A DNA stretch of 64,000 bases from Haliotis cracherodii. Its lineage: Eukaryota. The stretch is taken from the NCBI RefSeq assembly GCF_022045235.1, contig NW_027266297.1:53072001-53136000 (forward strand). Direction: 5' to 3'. A model generated the notes under the pieces. The model ran no database searches. It saw only the letters and a program-made list of their open reading frames with translations, and had not been told where the DNA came from. The stretch's first letter is position 1, and every line of letters starts with the position of its first letter. The translations under genes and the position numbers were made by a program. Below are positions 51,137 to 63,352 of this stretch, in pieces.

Positions 51137-51942
51137 CTTACAACCAGCCAGGTCACACATTGTAACCACGATTATTTACAACCTGCCAAGTCACCTATTG
51201 TAACACGGAGCCTTACAACCAGCCAAGTCACACATTGTAACCAAGATGCCTTACAACCAGCCAGGTCACACATTGTAACCACGATGGCTTACAACCTGCC
51301 AAGTCACCTGTTGTAACACGGAGCCTTACAACCAGCCAAGTCACCCATTGTAACACGAAGCCTTACAACCAGCCAGATCACACATTGTAACCAAGATGCC
51401 TTACAACCAGCGAGGTCACACATTTTAACACGAAGCCTTATAACCTGCCAAGTCACCCATTGTAACAAGATGCCTTACAACCTGCCAAGTCACCTATTGT
51501 AACACGGAGCCTTACAACCAGCCAAGTCACACATTGTAACCAAGATGCCTTACAACCAGCCAGGTCACACATTGTAACCACGATGGCTTAAAACCTGCCA
51601 AGTCACCTATTGTAACACGGAGCCTTACAACCAGCCAAGTCATCCATTGTAACACGAAGCCTTACAACCAGCCAAGTCACACATTGTAACCAAGATGCCT
51701 TACAACCAGCGAGGTCACACATTTTAACACGAAGCCTTATAACCAGCCAAGTCACCCATTGTAACACGAAGCATTACAACCAGCCAAGTCACCCATTGTA
51801 ACAAGATGCCTTACAACCAGCCAAGTCACACATTGTAACACGAAGCATTACAACCAGCCAAGTCACCCATTGTAACAAGATGCCTTACAACCAGCCAAGT
51901 CACACATTGTAACCAAGATGCCTTACAACCAGCCAGGTCACA
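51137..51942. repeat. 37-38-bp minisatellite (~21 copies) with a 299-bp higher-order duplication
   Basis: Unit ccttacaaccagccaagtcacacattgtaaccaagatg; 51181-51440 is repeated at 51480-51739. Confidence 0.95.
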
Positions 51943-53190
51943 TCACTGACGCAATCAAAATATTAAACTTATATATCGTAGGTTACAAATATAATTGATA
52001 TGGGATATATTTACATCTCTTAAGAAGATTTTAGGGTTATGTGCCGAAAAAGCTAAATTCTAAAATGTAAAATTGAGTTTAGCTTTCGCGGCCACAGTTC
52101 AAGTTCAGTGATTAAACGAGTGACGCTTCCCCGGTACTCAGAGTTAACTGAAGATCAAAGGAATTCGCAGATGCTAATTATATATTGACATCATACCCGT
52201 AAAAACAATAAATAACAATGATTTGGTGTATGATAGCATAACAGTGCTTGGACTGTTGGTTACATTTCGTCAACTTATTGCCGTAGGACGCCATTTTCAA
52301 ACACGATTTACAATATGAAGTTAAAATCTATATATGTGAAAGGGCAGCAACGTGGTCGGTGAATTGGACTCTGTGAAGTTGGCACTGACCCGTTCGACCT
52401 TCAAGGATTCGGGTCGTCCTTGCTCACACAAGTACCTTAGAGACAGTAGATCAGAGGCTTGAAGGTGTTCATTCTGTCATGACTGTAGCAGTGTAGTATT
52501 CGATGGTTCTGTATTTCTTCTCGCCCAGACCTCTGCATCCAGAGAGCATGTGTTGCCCGCCTCCCACTGTCTCGATGAGTATTTCTCGTAGGTTTGTTTC
52601 CAGGCACAACTAGATTAACAATCAACCGTGTTGTTCTTTCAGTAAAATGGAAAGGTTCTTTGCACTGAATATTAAGTATTAACATTTAAATAGTTGTGAG
52701 TAAGAGGCCTAAGCACAAACTAACTCATTGTCGCAGATGAACACGATGTATTTCCTGTCAGTTAAACTATGGTTTTCTTGTTATTTCCATTTCTAAGTTT
52801 ATCGGCGTATTTATGATCATTTGCGTTGATTAAGCGTTTTCATTTCATGCCAAAAGTGTTTTGACGCTTTGCGGGCACTAGTAAAATTTGAAATGTTGCT
52901 TTCCCAGGCCGATACCTATGTTTGACGAAGCATCAATTCAGACATGAAAGTGGCAATGTTACACGTATTTATAGATTGCTGTGCCCATAACTTTTGATGT
53001 CCAGTTGGTTTTACCATTATCACAGTATCACATTTCTTTACCAAACGCTATCCTGTCAAATTGATTATTTTACATTCACGTTCACATGCAAATATATACA
53101 TAGGATATCTTCAGCATTTTACTCTGATGTCATCGGTATGATGCATTGTATATATGCATTTTCTGCGAGTAAAAATGTAGGTTTTATATG

Positions 53191-54532
53191 TACTCTTAAA
53201 AAAAGAAACGCAAAGCCAGATTTGTGCGAGGTAGGAAAATACATTTATACGAGGAACCGTACAAGGTATTGAGCCAAAATGTTGTGGAGAGAACACTTGG
53301 TGATTGTAGTCATCTCAGTTATCGGTACATAGGAGAGGTTCAGGGTGAAGGTCAGCTACAATCAATAACGCGTATGTCCCCCGTTGGAATCAATAGCGGC
53401 CTGACATCTCCTGCCCGTGGAAGAGGCGAGTATGCGACGCAAAAGCCAACTGCTGCAACGTCTGGGGTTGTGTTTGAAATCGGCGTAGCCGTCTATCCAA
53501 TTCATCCCACAGGTGCTCTATCTGGTTCAAATCCGGCGATCAGGGGGGCCAGGGGAGAACATCAACGTTATTGTTATTTAGAAAGGCTCTTTGGATCCGT
53601 GCTATATGCGGTCGAGCGTTGTCCTGCTTGAATACACCGTTGTCGTTGGCTGCAATTGGGAGGAGGGGTAGTAGGAGAATTTCGTTGATGGATATGGATA
53701 TGGACCAAACCTGACCTGCCATGATGGGAGATATCGGCCCACATCATAACGCTGTCCCCACCAAACCTGTCCACTTTCTGTACGCAGTTTCCGGCGTAAC
53801 GTTCTCCCCGACGTCTGTAGACCCGTGTTCTTCCATTCCCTCGACGGAGGAGAAATCTTGATTCGTCGCTGAACCAGACATCTCTCAACCGCAGTTGAGG
53901 CCATACCCTGTGTTGACGACACCAATGCAGTCGTTGTTGACGATGTAGTCGACTCAATATGACGCATCGAACAGTGCGTCTTGCTCGTAGACCTGCTCCT
54001 CTTCAACGGCCTGGTCGGAGATTCTGCGCAGTTCGGGTATTTGGGATGCGGTTGAGGTGGCTGTGGACGTCCTTTCACGTAGGTGGCGCAGTCGGATGTC
54101 GCCCAAGCGGGTTTGGTTACTCTTGGTCGTCCCGACCTTGGCCAATCACGTGTTGACCCATGCTGTTGAAACCGATCCCATAGCCTTGATATAGCTTGTG
54201 ATTGTGCTGGGCGCTACATTGAAAACCCTGGCTACAGCTGATCGGGATTCCCCTGCCTGCAAACGGCCTAAGACGTTGTTTCTTTGCACTTCTGTTAATC
54301 TTGGCATGTTGTTGAACTGTCACTGTTCGATTGACGCAGATGCCAGGCAATACAAAACCCTGCCACTAATACACTTTTACCGTTCATAGTGCTGCTGCAC
54401 GTGCACATTTTGATCCGGGAAATTTGTCACTGACACTATAACACATTCACTTTGCACCTCTTGGTCCGCTAATTTTGCTTTTATGGCCAAACATATCCAC
54501 ATTACGTTTCATTTTGTATATATTTTGTGTAT
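53191..54532 (-). mobile_element. Tc1-family element, decayed
   Basis: VWFSDESRF, DRFGGDSVMMW, FKQDNARPH, VLPWP..PDLN; terminal repeat tactc..aaaagaaacgcaa and a degenerate partner near 54500-54532. Confidence 0.92.
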
Positions 54533-54700
54533 ATATTTCCTCTCAGCCTCCATTCCCCCAGTTTTTGCATGAATTATTCCTGTTGATGTTTGTTATATAA
54601 CAGAATAAAATATCAATTGCATGCAGCCAAAATATGAAAACATATATTAGACATATCAACAATGCATATAATGCAGAATCGCCTGTCTACTATTTATCAC

Positions 54701-54867
54701 GGGGCGGTCAGGCTAGTGGTTAAAGCGTTCGCTCGTCACGCCGAAGACCCGGGTTCGATTCCCGACATGGGTACAATGTGTGAAGCCCATTTCAGGTGTC
54801 CCCCGCCGTGATATTGCTGGAATATTGCTAAATGCGACGTAAAACCATACTCACTCACTCACTCACT
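54701..54867 (+). mobile_element. tRNA-derived SINE (family D)
   Basis: A/B boxes (tagtggttaaagcg, ggttcgattcc), (actc)n tail, flanking tatttatca duplication. Confidence 0.9.
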
Positions 54868-56030
54868 TAATATTTATCAATGGCTATATTTGTGTGACTT
54901 TGATCGCCGTTGTACCCAGCAAAGCTGTATATATAACGACTTGCACCAGGCCTAAGTCAGTACAGGTAGATATATTCACCGTAACTGATTAGTAAGGCGT
55001 GCCACAGTAACGTGTCAACATGACCCGGTATGTTTTATACCACAACACTAATGTCTGACCTTCTTTCAACTTGCTTCTAATGTGACGTTCCCCGAGAATC
55101 GTACGACACAGGGTTTTACCAGGGTGTCTATATAGACTTCGTATAGTCTCCCAGGTTTTACCAAGAGCTACACTTACACACAGAATAACGACCAGTCACT
55201 AGAGAAAAGGGGCCATTTCAATATATAATAATGGGTGCAGTGTTCGAGGCCTTCAATATTTCTCTCAAGAACAATAGGTGCATATGCATTTGATTTTTCG
55301 TTGCAGAACACTATCTGTATACATAAAATGACAAAAATATGACGAAAACAAGATATTTATATACATATTATTCATTACTTAAACATAGTTTTTTACAGCC
55401 GAAATCTTTCGTACAAATGTTTGGTATCCATATTCGGAAATAAACGATTAGCATAAAAATTAGCTGAGTAAAACAAAATAGATAACACACTTTGTTGCAC
55501 TAATACAAAGAAGATGACTTGTGTCAAAGGGAGCCGTGGTGTATGGTCGTGATCACGCGATGCACTTTTGGGCCACTCGTTGCCCGTGACAACACATATC
55601 TCATGTGACTTACAAGAAACAACTATTACAATCTTGAACGAAGGCCCAACAAGGCCTCGTCCGTCATCAGTTCACTGTCTTAATTGATCATGGGTCTGCT
55701 GTTTTGATATTAAGATACTGGGTATGCGGGTTGGAGTGGGAGATACACATTCAACCTGTTGAAATATCATACCTATATTGGGAACAATGGAATATGTGAC
55801 GTAAGGCATGATATACCCGTTGCACAATGCACACGGACGTTATCTAGCCTTGCCGTGTTACTTATGTCAATTGGTGTGTGTTCTGTGGCTATGGTACATC
55901 GGGATATCAGAGACTCTCGCTGATATTGATTCATAGATTCATGGCAATGTGTGTATCACAGAAGACTTTATCGGCATCCTCGTGGAGGATTCAGTGATTA
56001 TGTGACGAACCGGAATCTCCGTGACAAATA

Positions 56031-57855
56031 ATGGCGAAGGCGATTAAAGCTGCATGTGAGTAAAACAAGCAGGTCGATTTAAGATATATTAATTACAGGA
56101 ATATATTTTTATTTTCTTGATTGTTGTTGTTGGTGGTGGTGTTGTTGTATAGAAAACACATGTACTTGTTTTTTTATGAAATAATAATACAACCTATCTG
56201 GCATCAGACATGACTATTACAGTGGCATGCCATGTACCACTAGTACTTACCCGGGTAGGAAGGCACCGGTCATACTTGAATGATTCTCCGCTCCCTGGGG
56301 AGAATACACGTACATTACTCGGAATACATTGATTTATATTGGTATCTGGATGGGTCACATCAGGTTATATATAGAGTTATGTGCATATCACCTTGTATTT
56401 ATTAGTTCTGTATACCGTGAATATCTCTATATTTTCAGTGATCCTCCTTGGTCTATTTTGTGGTACGTATTGAAACTTTATTTTACTGAGTGTTTTAAAC
56501 TTATTGATATGTGACATGATATCGTGTAAAGATGTAAATATTATCTAAGTATACTCAAAAACAAAAGTAAGTGTGATCATATGATTTTATTGACAACTGA
56601 AAAATGATAAAGTGTTTGATCTATAATGTTTGCTGCTATGTCGGATTTATAGTGTTTGCTATGTAAGATCTATAAACCGCTAAATCTTCAGACTGAGTAC
56701 ACCAGACCACCATTGAAGACGGCAGTAACGTGATGACCTGCTTTAATAGGGATTGGAGTAAAAGGGTACCACCTGACATTTCCTTCCCCTTTGGGAGGAC
56801 TGTACAGATCCAGTAGTGTACGGACACAGCCAGTTATTTCGACATAACTTTGCATAAAGATTACAAAAAGTGGTAGAAAAAATGTGATTTTTTGAATTTA
56901 TCATATCTTAATTTAAGCATACGGGGTCCAATTCTGGTAAAGAGTGGACAATGGAACATTGCCTTTGGTTACATGAAAGCTAAGATCTATCAATACTTAA
57001 CACAGTACTGTTACATATCCTGTTTTATCTCTGTAGTGGATTCAGTACACTCGCAAACATGTGGAGACAACTGCTTCGGCTGCCATCACGGTGGATGTAC
57101 TGAGTGTATCTATGGGTGGCACGGCACTGACTGTACAAAGGAGTGTCAAGGATGCTGGTACGGCAAATGTGAACAGGAAGATGGAAGATGTGTACAGTGT
57201 CCACCTGGATATCACTCAAATGGTTGTGATGTACCATGTTCACTAAACTGTCGTGCAAGTTATGATGGAAAACGGTCCTGTCACCGTGACACAGGGAGGT
57301 GCCTAGAGGGGTGTGTCCCTGGGCGGTGGGGACATCAGTGTCAGAAACTCTGCGCTAGAAACTGTGGGCAGTCCTCGTGTCACCAGGATAAAGGAACATG
57401 TCTTCTTGGTTGCACCGATGGATGGTTCGGCCAGTTGTGTGATACACCATGTCCCCAAAACTGTCTTGGAAACAGGTGTAACCTATTTCAGGGACATTGT
57501 GGTCACTGCAAGCCTGGGTTCGTTGGGGGAAAGTGTAACATTTCGTGTACAAACTGTATTGACAATGAATGTACATACGATGAATTGCTATCATCTGTTA
57601 ACTGTAATAAAGGATGCGTTGAAGGATGGAGTAACGAGGACTGCTTGACGAGATGCGGCAACACATGTGCGGGCAAGAGATGCAACAAGGATGGCAGCTG
57701 CAAGTCATGTAGGAATGGTTACCATGGTGACAAGTGTACTGAGAGATGTGAAGATGAATGTTTACTGTGTGAACAGGAATCCGGATTATGCTCAACATGG
57801 AGGAAGGCTATAGTCATCGTTGAAACTGAAGACGGGGAAGATACAAAATCACAAG
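56031..57855 (+). CDS. Multiple-EGF-like-domain protein (MEGF10/SCARF1/CED-1-like); exons 56031-56055, 56439-56462, 57037-57855; 3' end unresolved
   Basis: Two phase-1 GT-AG introns join to give the signal peptide MAKAIKAALILLGLFCVDSVHS, followed by about 7 CxxGxxGxxC laminin-type EGF repeats; donor CAAG|gtaggt at 57856. Confidence 0.88.
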
Positions 57856-58689
57856 GTAGGTGAATTAAGGATGTATCTGTTGATAATATATAGCTGATAA
57901 CTATTATCATACATAAGGCCTAATTTAGCTTTCGAAAGGGAATGTTTTGTTAATGAAAGCAGGGTGTTCACCGTAAAACTGACATGGATTTACGGGACAA
58001 ATGTAGAGTATTATTGGCAGAAACGTTGTTTTGACATCTGTCTGTTTCATCTGTTCTATATTAAGGGTCGATGCCAGGGCCCGACTCAATAATGTGTGTT
58101 TTACTTATATCATACAAATATCCCGCATTGCCTCTGACCAAGTGACAATGTGTGGTGTACAGTCTGCATGGTGTTATAGCTTTCTTCCCGTAGTACTCAA
58201 ACACCTTTTCTCCTTTATAAGACATAGATTTTTCCTTACAATGGCAGCAGTATCAGTACCATCAGACTTAATTTCTTCAAACTATAGTTTGGAGGATATG
58301 TACTGGCGAGATATCCCCGGTGAAAGAACATTTATATCTAAAACTTGGTTTTTGAGGTAACACGTATTTTTGTCTGTCCGACAACACTTTAACAGTCTTT
58401 CTTCGTGATTGCAGGATGTGTGACGTTGTCCCCAAGTCTCTGGTTGTGGCTGCAGGTGACTAAATACTGCCTGTTCCATTAGCATGTGTGAAGATGACAT
58501 GATGCTGTGAATACTCCTACTATTTATTTGTCTTTCTCTTGCTACACGACCATACGGGGTCCCGGGGGGTTGAGAACATTACCTGTATGACGCCAGCCAG
58601 TGTCCATTCCTCGAAAGAACAATGGGCTGACTTCAGTGAACGTTCGCTGTAGCTCGACATACGTTTTTCTTCTTATTTCTTCTCATCAC

Positions 58690-59770
58690 CTAATGCGGAC
58701 GACATCGCACTACTAATAGAATCAGAAGAGGAAACACAGTTGATCCTGGACTCCTAATGGTGCCAACGGAATGGAATCATGTTGATGAGAGAAATCGCAA
58801 GTGATACATTAAAAAATACCCTACACTGGATATTTTTTAATGTATCAATTGCGATTACTGAGTTTTATCAGATTGCGTTTTTACTTGTGGTTGATGTCTG
58901 TCTGAACACCGACCAGCAATATACTTACCTTGGCCTTGTCCTAACTGAACACCTGGACTAAAGCCGCATGGCAAAACAAATGGCACCTTCTGCAGGACGA
59001 GCGTTGGAATTGGTCATATTAATATATAACTGTCTAGGCAATGTTACTTATACAATATTTACCAAATTATACAACTATAATCTACATTCTGGTGAACAGA
59101 TGACCGTTTATGCATCAATGCGATCCAGAACCGTGTCATGCGACCAGGAAGAACCGCTCCTAATGCGGCACCCATAGGCAACATGGAATGGGAAGTGTGC
59201 GATAACGTGAATGCTTCATGCGTCACTGGAGGAGAAACATGGCTATAGCTGTCAAGACTTTATCACAGCGTTTTTAAATGGTCATTTTATATTTTAATAA
59301 ACAGATGTATTCAAAATGAGTGATGGACACTATTATTGTTTTGAATAAAATGGTAACTAATGTTGAAATGGTGTTGCGCCAAACATTCATATACAGTACT
59401 TTGAAGGAGAATATATATACAGAATATTATTGCCAATGCCCAAATCACATGGAAGAGCACTGTCAGTGTACAGATGTCGTACAGCGATGACTACAAACGG
59501 GAAGATATGGAAGTCTGGAACAAGCGGAGCGATGTTGTTTTCAGTGTACACAGGACATTGAATCACAAGAGCGTGTCCTTTTAGAATGTCCATTTATGAT
59601 GATGTTATATACAAATTATGATCTTTGTAATGAAGTTATTTGACATATTCAAGATTTTTTATTGTGTTTTAAGGAAGAAAGTAGTGACTCCTTTTAAACA
59701 ACACTGTGATCTTAAAATATACTGCCACAAGCTGCAATGATATATTACTTGCACGGCAACGCCGTTTATA
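58690..59770 (+). mobile_element. Old LINE RT remnant
   Basis: ADDIALL, YTYLGLVLTEHLD, SAGRAL, ECPFYDD. Confidence 0.75.
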
Positions 59771-60244
59771 CGGTTAGTGATATGCTGTAACTTTAATGTA
59801 CCTTTTTAAAACTATCATTGTGTACACACTTTGATTATGTCTATCAAATCTCTCATAACTCCATAGGACTGTCAAGTGTACATTTTATAACACATGTTAT
59901 GTGCTATATATACATATGCGCATCTGGTGAGACTATAATAAATATTGGATGAGTCTGTCTGTCTTAAATGAAAATGCGTTATATTATTATATAAAGGATT
60001 ATCTGTCCCTTGTGAGTGAGTGATGTTAGTTCCCCAGATTCGGGTTTCACAATGTTCATACAATCGGGACAGAACGTCAGGCACTCTTCTGACTTGGTTA
60101 TTGTCGAAATACCGTTTGTTGTCCGTACTGCATAGTAGGGATTGTTGTGAGGGGGGTAAAGCCTGAGAACAGTGTTCCAAGGATACATGACTCGGATACG
60201 CCTCCTTATTGACCAATATTCATTCATAAACCGCCTTGATCGGT

Positions 60245-60455
60245 GACCGCCTCCGTGGCCGTTAAACGATTGTACGTGTTGTTACCCTGCCTTGCGTTCG
60301 GCATTGAGGGTCTAAAACAAGGACTGGTCGGTTCGGAGTCAGCATACTGTGTCTGAGTAGGCTATTCATGTTAAACTGTGGCATGGTATCTTAGTGGGCT
60401 GGCACTATAAAAGAGGCATTAGTACGGACTAGTACATGCAGGCACACACAAACAA
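60245..60455 (+). mobile_element. SINE family B
   Basis: Core aacaaggactggtcggttcggagtcagcatactgtgtctgagt. Confidence 0.75.
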
Positions 60456-60843
60456 ACATACAGCCTATGAAATCTTTTACTACACAATACACAATCTTGT
60501 AATTTGCTTTCATAATGTTGAATAAAGGTAGCTGCATTTGACAATGTTTACATATTGGTCAGATTAAGTGCAGATATTCCACAGCCGGTCTACGAATCAA
60601 ATCTGGCCTGGAGCCGGTCTGCAGCCATACAAAGTATCTCCCTCTCATTAATGCTGAAATTCTAATCTCTTATAAACAGACTTAATGTACAAACACACTC
60701 AACGACCCGTGCACTATAGAACATGCATTTGAAGTATTAACTGCGGTAGAGTATAACAAAACCGTTCCGACACTGCAGAAGGTTAATTACTGTTACCAGT
60801 CGTGGGGCATGGAGAGTTGGCAGAGAGTCATAAAGAACATGAG

Positions 60844-61091
60844 TGTTTGTTTGTTTGTTTGTTTTTTAACGCCACCCTCAGCAAAATTGCAACTATATGA
60901 TGGCGGTTTGTACTTAATCGAGTCTGGATCAGACAATCCAGTGATTTTCATTATGAGCATCGATCAACGCAATTGGAATACGATGACATGCATCAACCAA
61001 GTCAGCGAGCGTGACCACCCGATCCCGTCAGTCGCCACTTACGACAAGCATGGGTTGCTGAAGACCTAGTCTAACTCGGATCTTCACGGGT
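60844..61091 (-). mobile_element. SINE-like repeat family A
   Basis: Reverse complement of 11211-11446, with a (gttt)n tail. Confidence 0.8.
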
Positions 61092-61099
61092 GAGTGAGT

Positions 61100-61620
61100 A
61101 AATAGAGAATCTCACCCAAGTGTCAACTATATCAACGAGTGTTGATAAAGTTCATATCAAAAGACACGAGGATAATATTTATCATCCAACATCATTCTTC
61201 TAACCTTTTCAGTTTGTAGACAGTAATAGTGAGTGTGTGAATATGGTTTTACGCCGCTTTTAGCAATATTCCAGCAATATCACGGCGGGGGACACCAGAA
61301 ATGGGCTTCACACATTGTACCCATGTCGGGAATCGAACCCGGGTCTTTGGCGTGACGAACGAACGCTTTAACCACTGGGCTACCCGACCGCCCTGTAGAC
61401 AGTAATAAGCGTAATGTCTTAATAAGTGTAAAAGTACTGCTAACAGCTTCAGTAGCAGAGCTATTAGTGACGTCAATTGATTGTGACGTCAGGGTAACCA
61501 ATGAAGTCACAATAGTCTGCAAAGTATTGTGAGGCAATTTTATTGCAGCGATATCTACATTGTAGTTATCGCTTGATCTCACCCAAGCAATATCTCCTGT
61601 GGGGGCCAGTTTTAGATGAT
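61100..61620 (+). mobile_element. Family C hairpin-headed repeat, copy 2, interrupted by a SINE
   Basis: Homologous to 24124-24490 and 62330-62668. Confidence 0.8.
61229..61393 (-). mobile_element. tRNA-derived SINE (family D) with 14-bp TSD
   Basis: TSD tgtagacagtaata at 61215-61228 and 61394-61407; matches the reverse complement of 54701-54867. Confidence 0.93.
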
Positions 61621-61737
61621 AAATATAGAATACTAAACGAGCTCCCGTTTAATACCAATTTTATGAAACGAGTGACAACTATTCACGAGTTTTAAAAAAA
61701 TGGTTTTACACGGGGGCGAGTTTAGTATTTTATTTAT
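61618..61737. repeat. Foldback hairpin element
   Basis: ataaatatagaatactaaac..ctcccgt / acgggggcgagtttagtattttatttat. Confidence 0.75.
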
Positions 61738-61889
61738 TACTTTAGAATTACACTGTTGAGTGTGAATATGCTGACACCTACACGATCCACGGCACAATCT
61801 AATTGAGTTCAACAGAATATTACTTCAAACACGTCAAAAGTTGAAACGTATAAATTTAATACCATACAACGGTCCACCTTTAGAATTCA

Positions 61890-62005
61890 GGCGTCCGTTC
61901 CACAAAGTTATCGTAGCGCTAATTAAGGTTATCGCAACTCACATACTTTAACTTAGACTAACGACTGACGTTGCGCCACATACGATCGCCTTGTGGAACG
62001 GGGCC
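61890..62005. mobile_element. Palindromic MITE related to 9326-9434
   Basis: ccgttccacaaag ... ccttgtggaacgg. Confidence 0.65.
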
Positions 62006-62329
62006 TTGCACCTCAAAGTTTAGAATCACGTCACCTTACCCGATGACGTAATTTGTGGAATTTTGTCGCAAGATCCAACGGCGAAACAATGCCATGTGAC
62101 GTCAGCCTAGCAACAAGGTTGCTGGGGTCATCGAGTGTGCATAAGCTCCTTTCAGTGATTTATCATATCCACACGCAATGTCGTTGAATAAGCCAAGGGA
62201 TGTTGAGAGCTTTCAATATTTGTTCGTGACACGTGTTCCGGGAGTACATAAGCACGCGTTTTGGTATTACACAATGTGTAATACTTCTGTATGTTTATGA
62301 AACGGGTGATCTCTTCACGGGCAAGTAAT

Positions 62330-62668
62330 AAATAGAGAATCTCACCCAAGTGTCTTTTGATATCACATATATCAACGAGTGTTGATACAGTTGATATCAA
62401 AAGACACGATCGCGAGGGTGAGATTTTATTTATCATCCAACACAATTCTTCCAACCTTTTCGGTTTGTAGACAGTAGTTAGCAGTGTGTTAAGTGTAAAA
62501 GTACTGCTAACAGCTTCAGTAGCAGAGCCATTAGTAATGTCATTTGATTGTGACGTCATGGTAACCAATGACGTCACAATAGTCTGCAAAGCATTGTGAT
62601 GCAATGTAGATATGGCCTGATATCACCCAAGCGATATCTCCTGTGGGAGCAAGTTTTGGATGATAAAT
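62330..62668 (+). mobile_element. Family C hairpin-headed repeat, copy 3
   Basis: Homologous to copies 1 and 2; lacks the SINE insertion. Confidence 0.8.
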
Positions 62669-63218
62669 GTTGTACGTAATCGAGTCTGGAGGACGCACAA
62701 ACCAATAACATAAAGAAGGCTATGGGGGAACGAACACATCCAATCAATTAAGTCACCGAGTCTGACCACCCGGTGCTCTTCAGACCTCACCGTCCCCAGA
62801 ACCAACACGAGGATGTCGTTATAAACATTTTTTTAAATCAACACTAAAACATACAAACATATATTCGGACTACATTTTTGCACATCCTCCCCAATTGCAC
62901 ACTCCTACTAAAGTATGATTTAGTCAAGATATCGTGTTAACAGAAATGTCTTTTAACATGTCTTTTACAATAGTCATAATTTTTTATAAATACCGATAAT
63001 AGGATTCCATTGACTCAAAGCACGTCCAACAAGGTCCTGGCCGTTTTGAACGATGTTCCATTGACCGATTCGACAACGTGCCGTTGTGTCCTGTTACCGA
63101 GTGAAGCACTATTTGGCGCTCTATTTGGATGTTTCAAAACAAAAACAAAATAACACAACCCGTCAACCGAGAGATGCCTGCACAGTGACTACGATAGACG
63201 CTGTTATATTTACAGAAG

Positions 63219-63352
63219 ATGGACACGTTCGTTTCCAAACCCAATGCCGATCACTGGCAGAAAGTATTATCCAATTATGGTGAGGTTTTCGCAGCCAAAA
63301 CTGGCCGAATGAAGAAGGAGAAGGGCACAGAGTTGCAGGATCTAGATGAATG
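63219..63352 (+). CDS. Probable first coding exon of an Amun-like (HhH glycosylase-like) protein; the gene continues beyond the window
   Basis: MDTFVSKPNADHWQKVLSNYGEVFAAKTGRMKKEKGTELQDLDE(W), ending at donor TG|gtaggt; W..VL..Y...K...L..LD.W pattern recalled from this family. Confidence 0.6.

Noticed and set aside
51137-51942. CRISPR-like look (37-bp units with internal palindrome)
   Set aside because: Units are contiguous with no unique spacers, there are no cas genes, and the context is eukaryotic. The same holds for the other arrays.
54701-54775. tRNA gene (also 30505-30600 and 61320-61393)
   Set aside because: The tRNA-like head runs into a conserved non-tRNA body; the family D copies also have a simple-repeat tail and TSD. 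These are SINEs.
55020-55027. ATGACCCG|gtatgt as first coding exon of the EGF gene
   Set aside because: Its phase-2 end is incompatible with the phase-1 micro-exon; 56031-56055 fits. It could still be a non-coding exon.
56892-57036. N-terminal part of the 323-aa ORF
   Set aside because: Intronic read-through; the acceptor ends at 57036 and the signal peptide comes from upstream exons.
59872-60227. Minus-strand ORFs with NPLY/NPYY as the cytoplasmic NPxY tail of the EGF gene
   Set aside because: They are on the opposite strand to the EGF gene.
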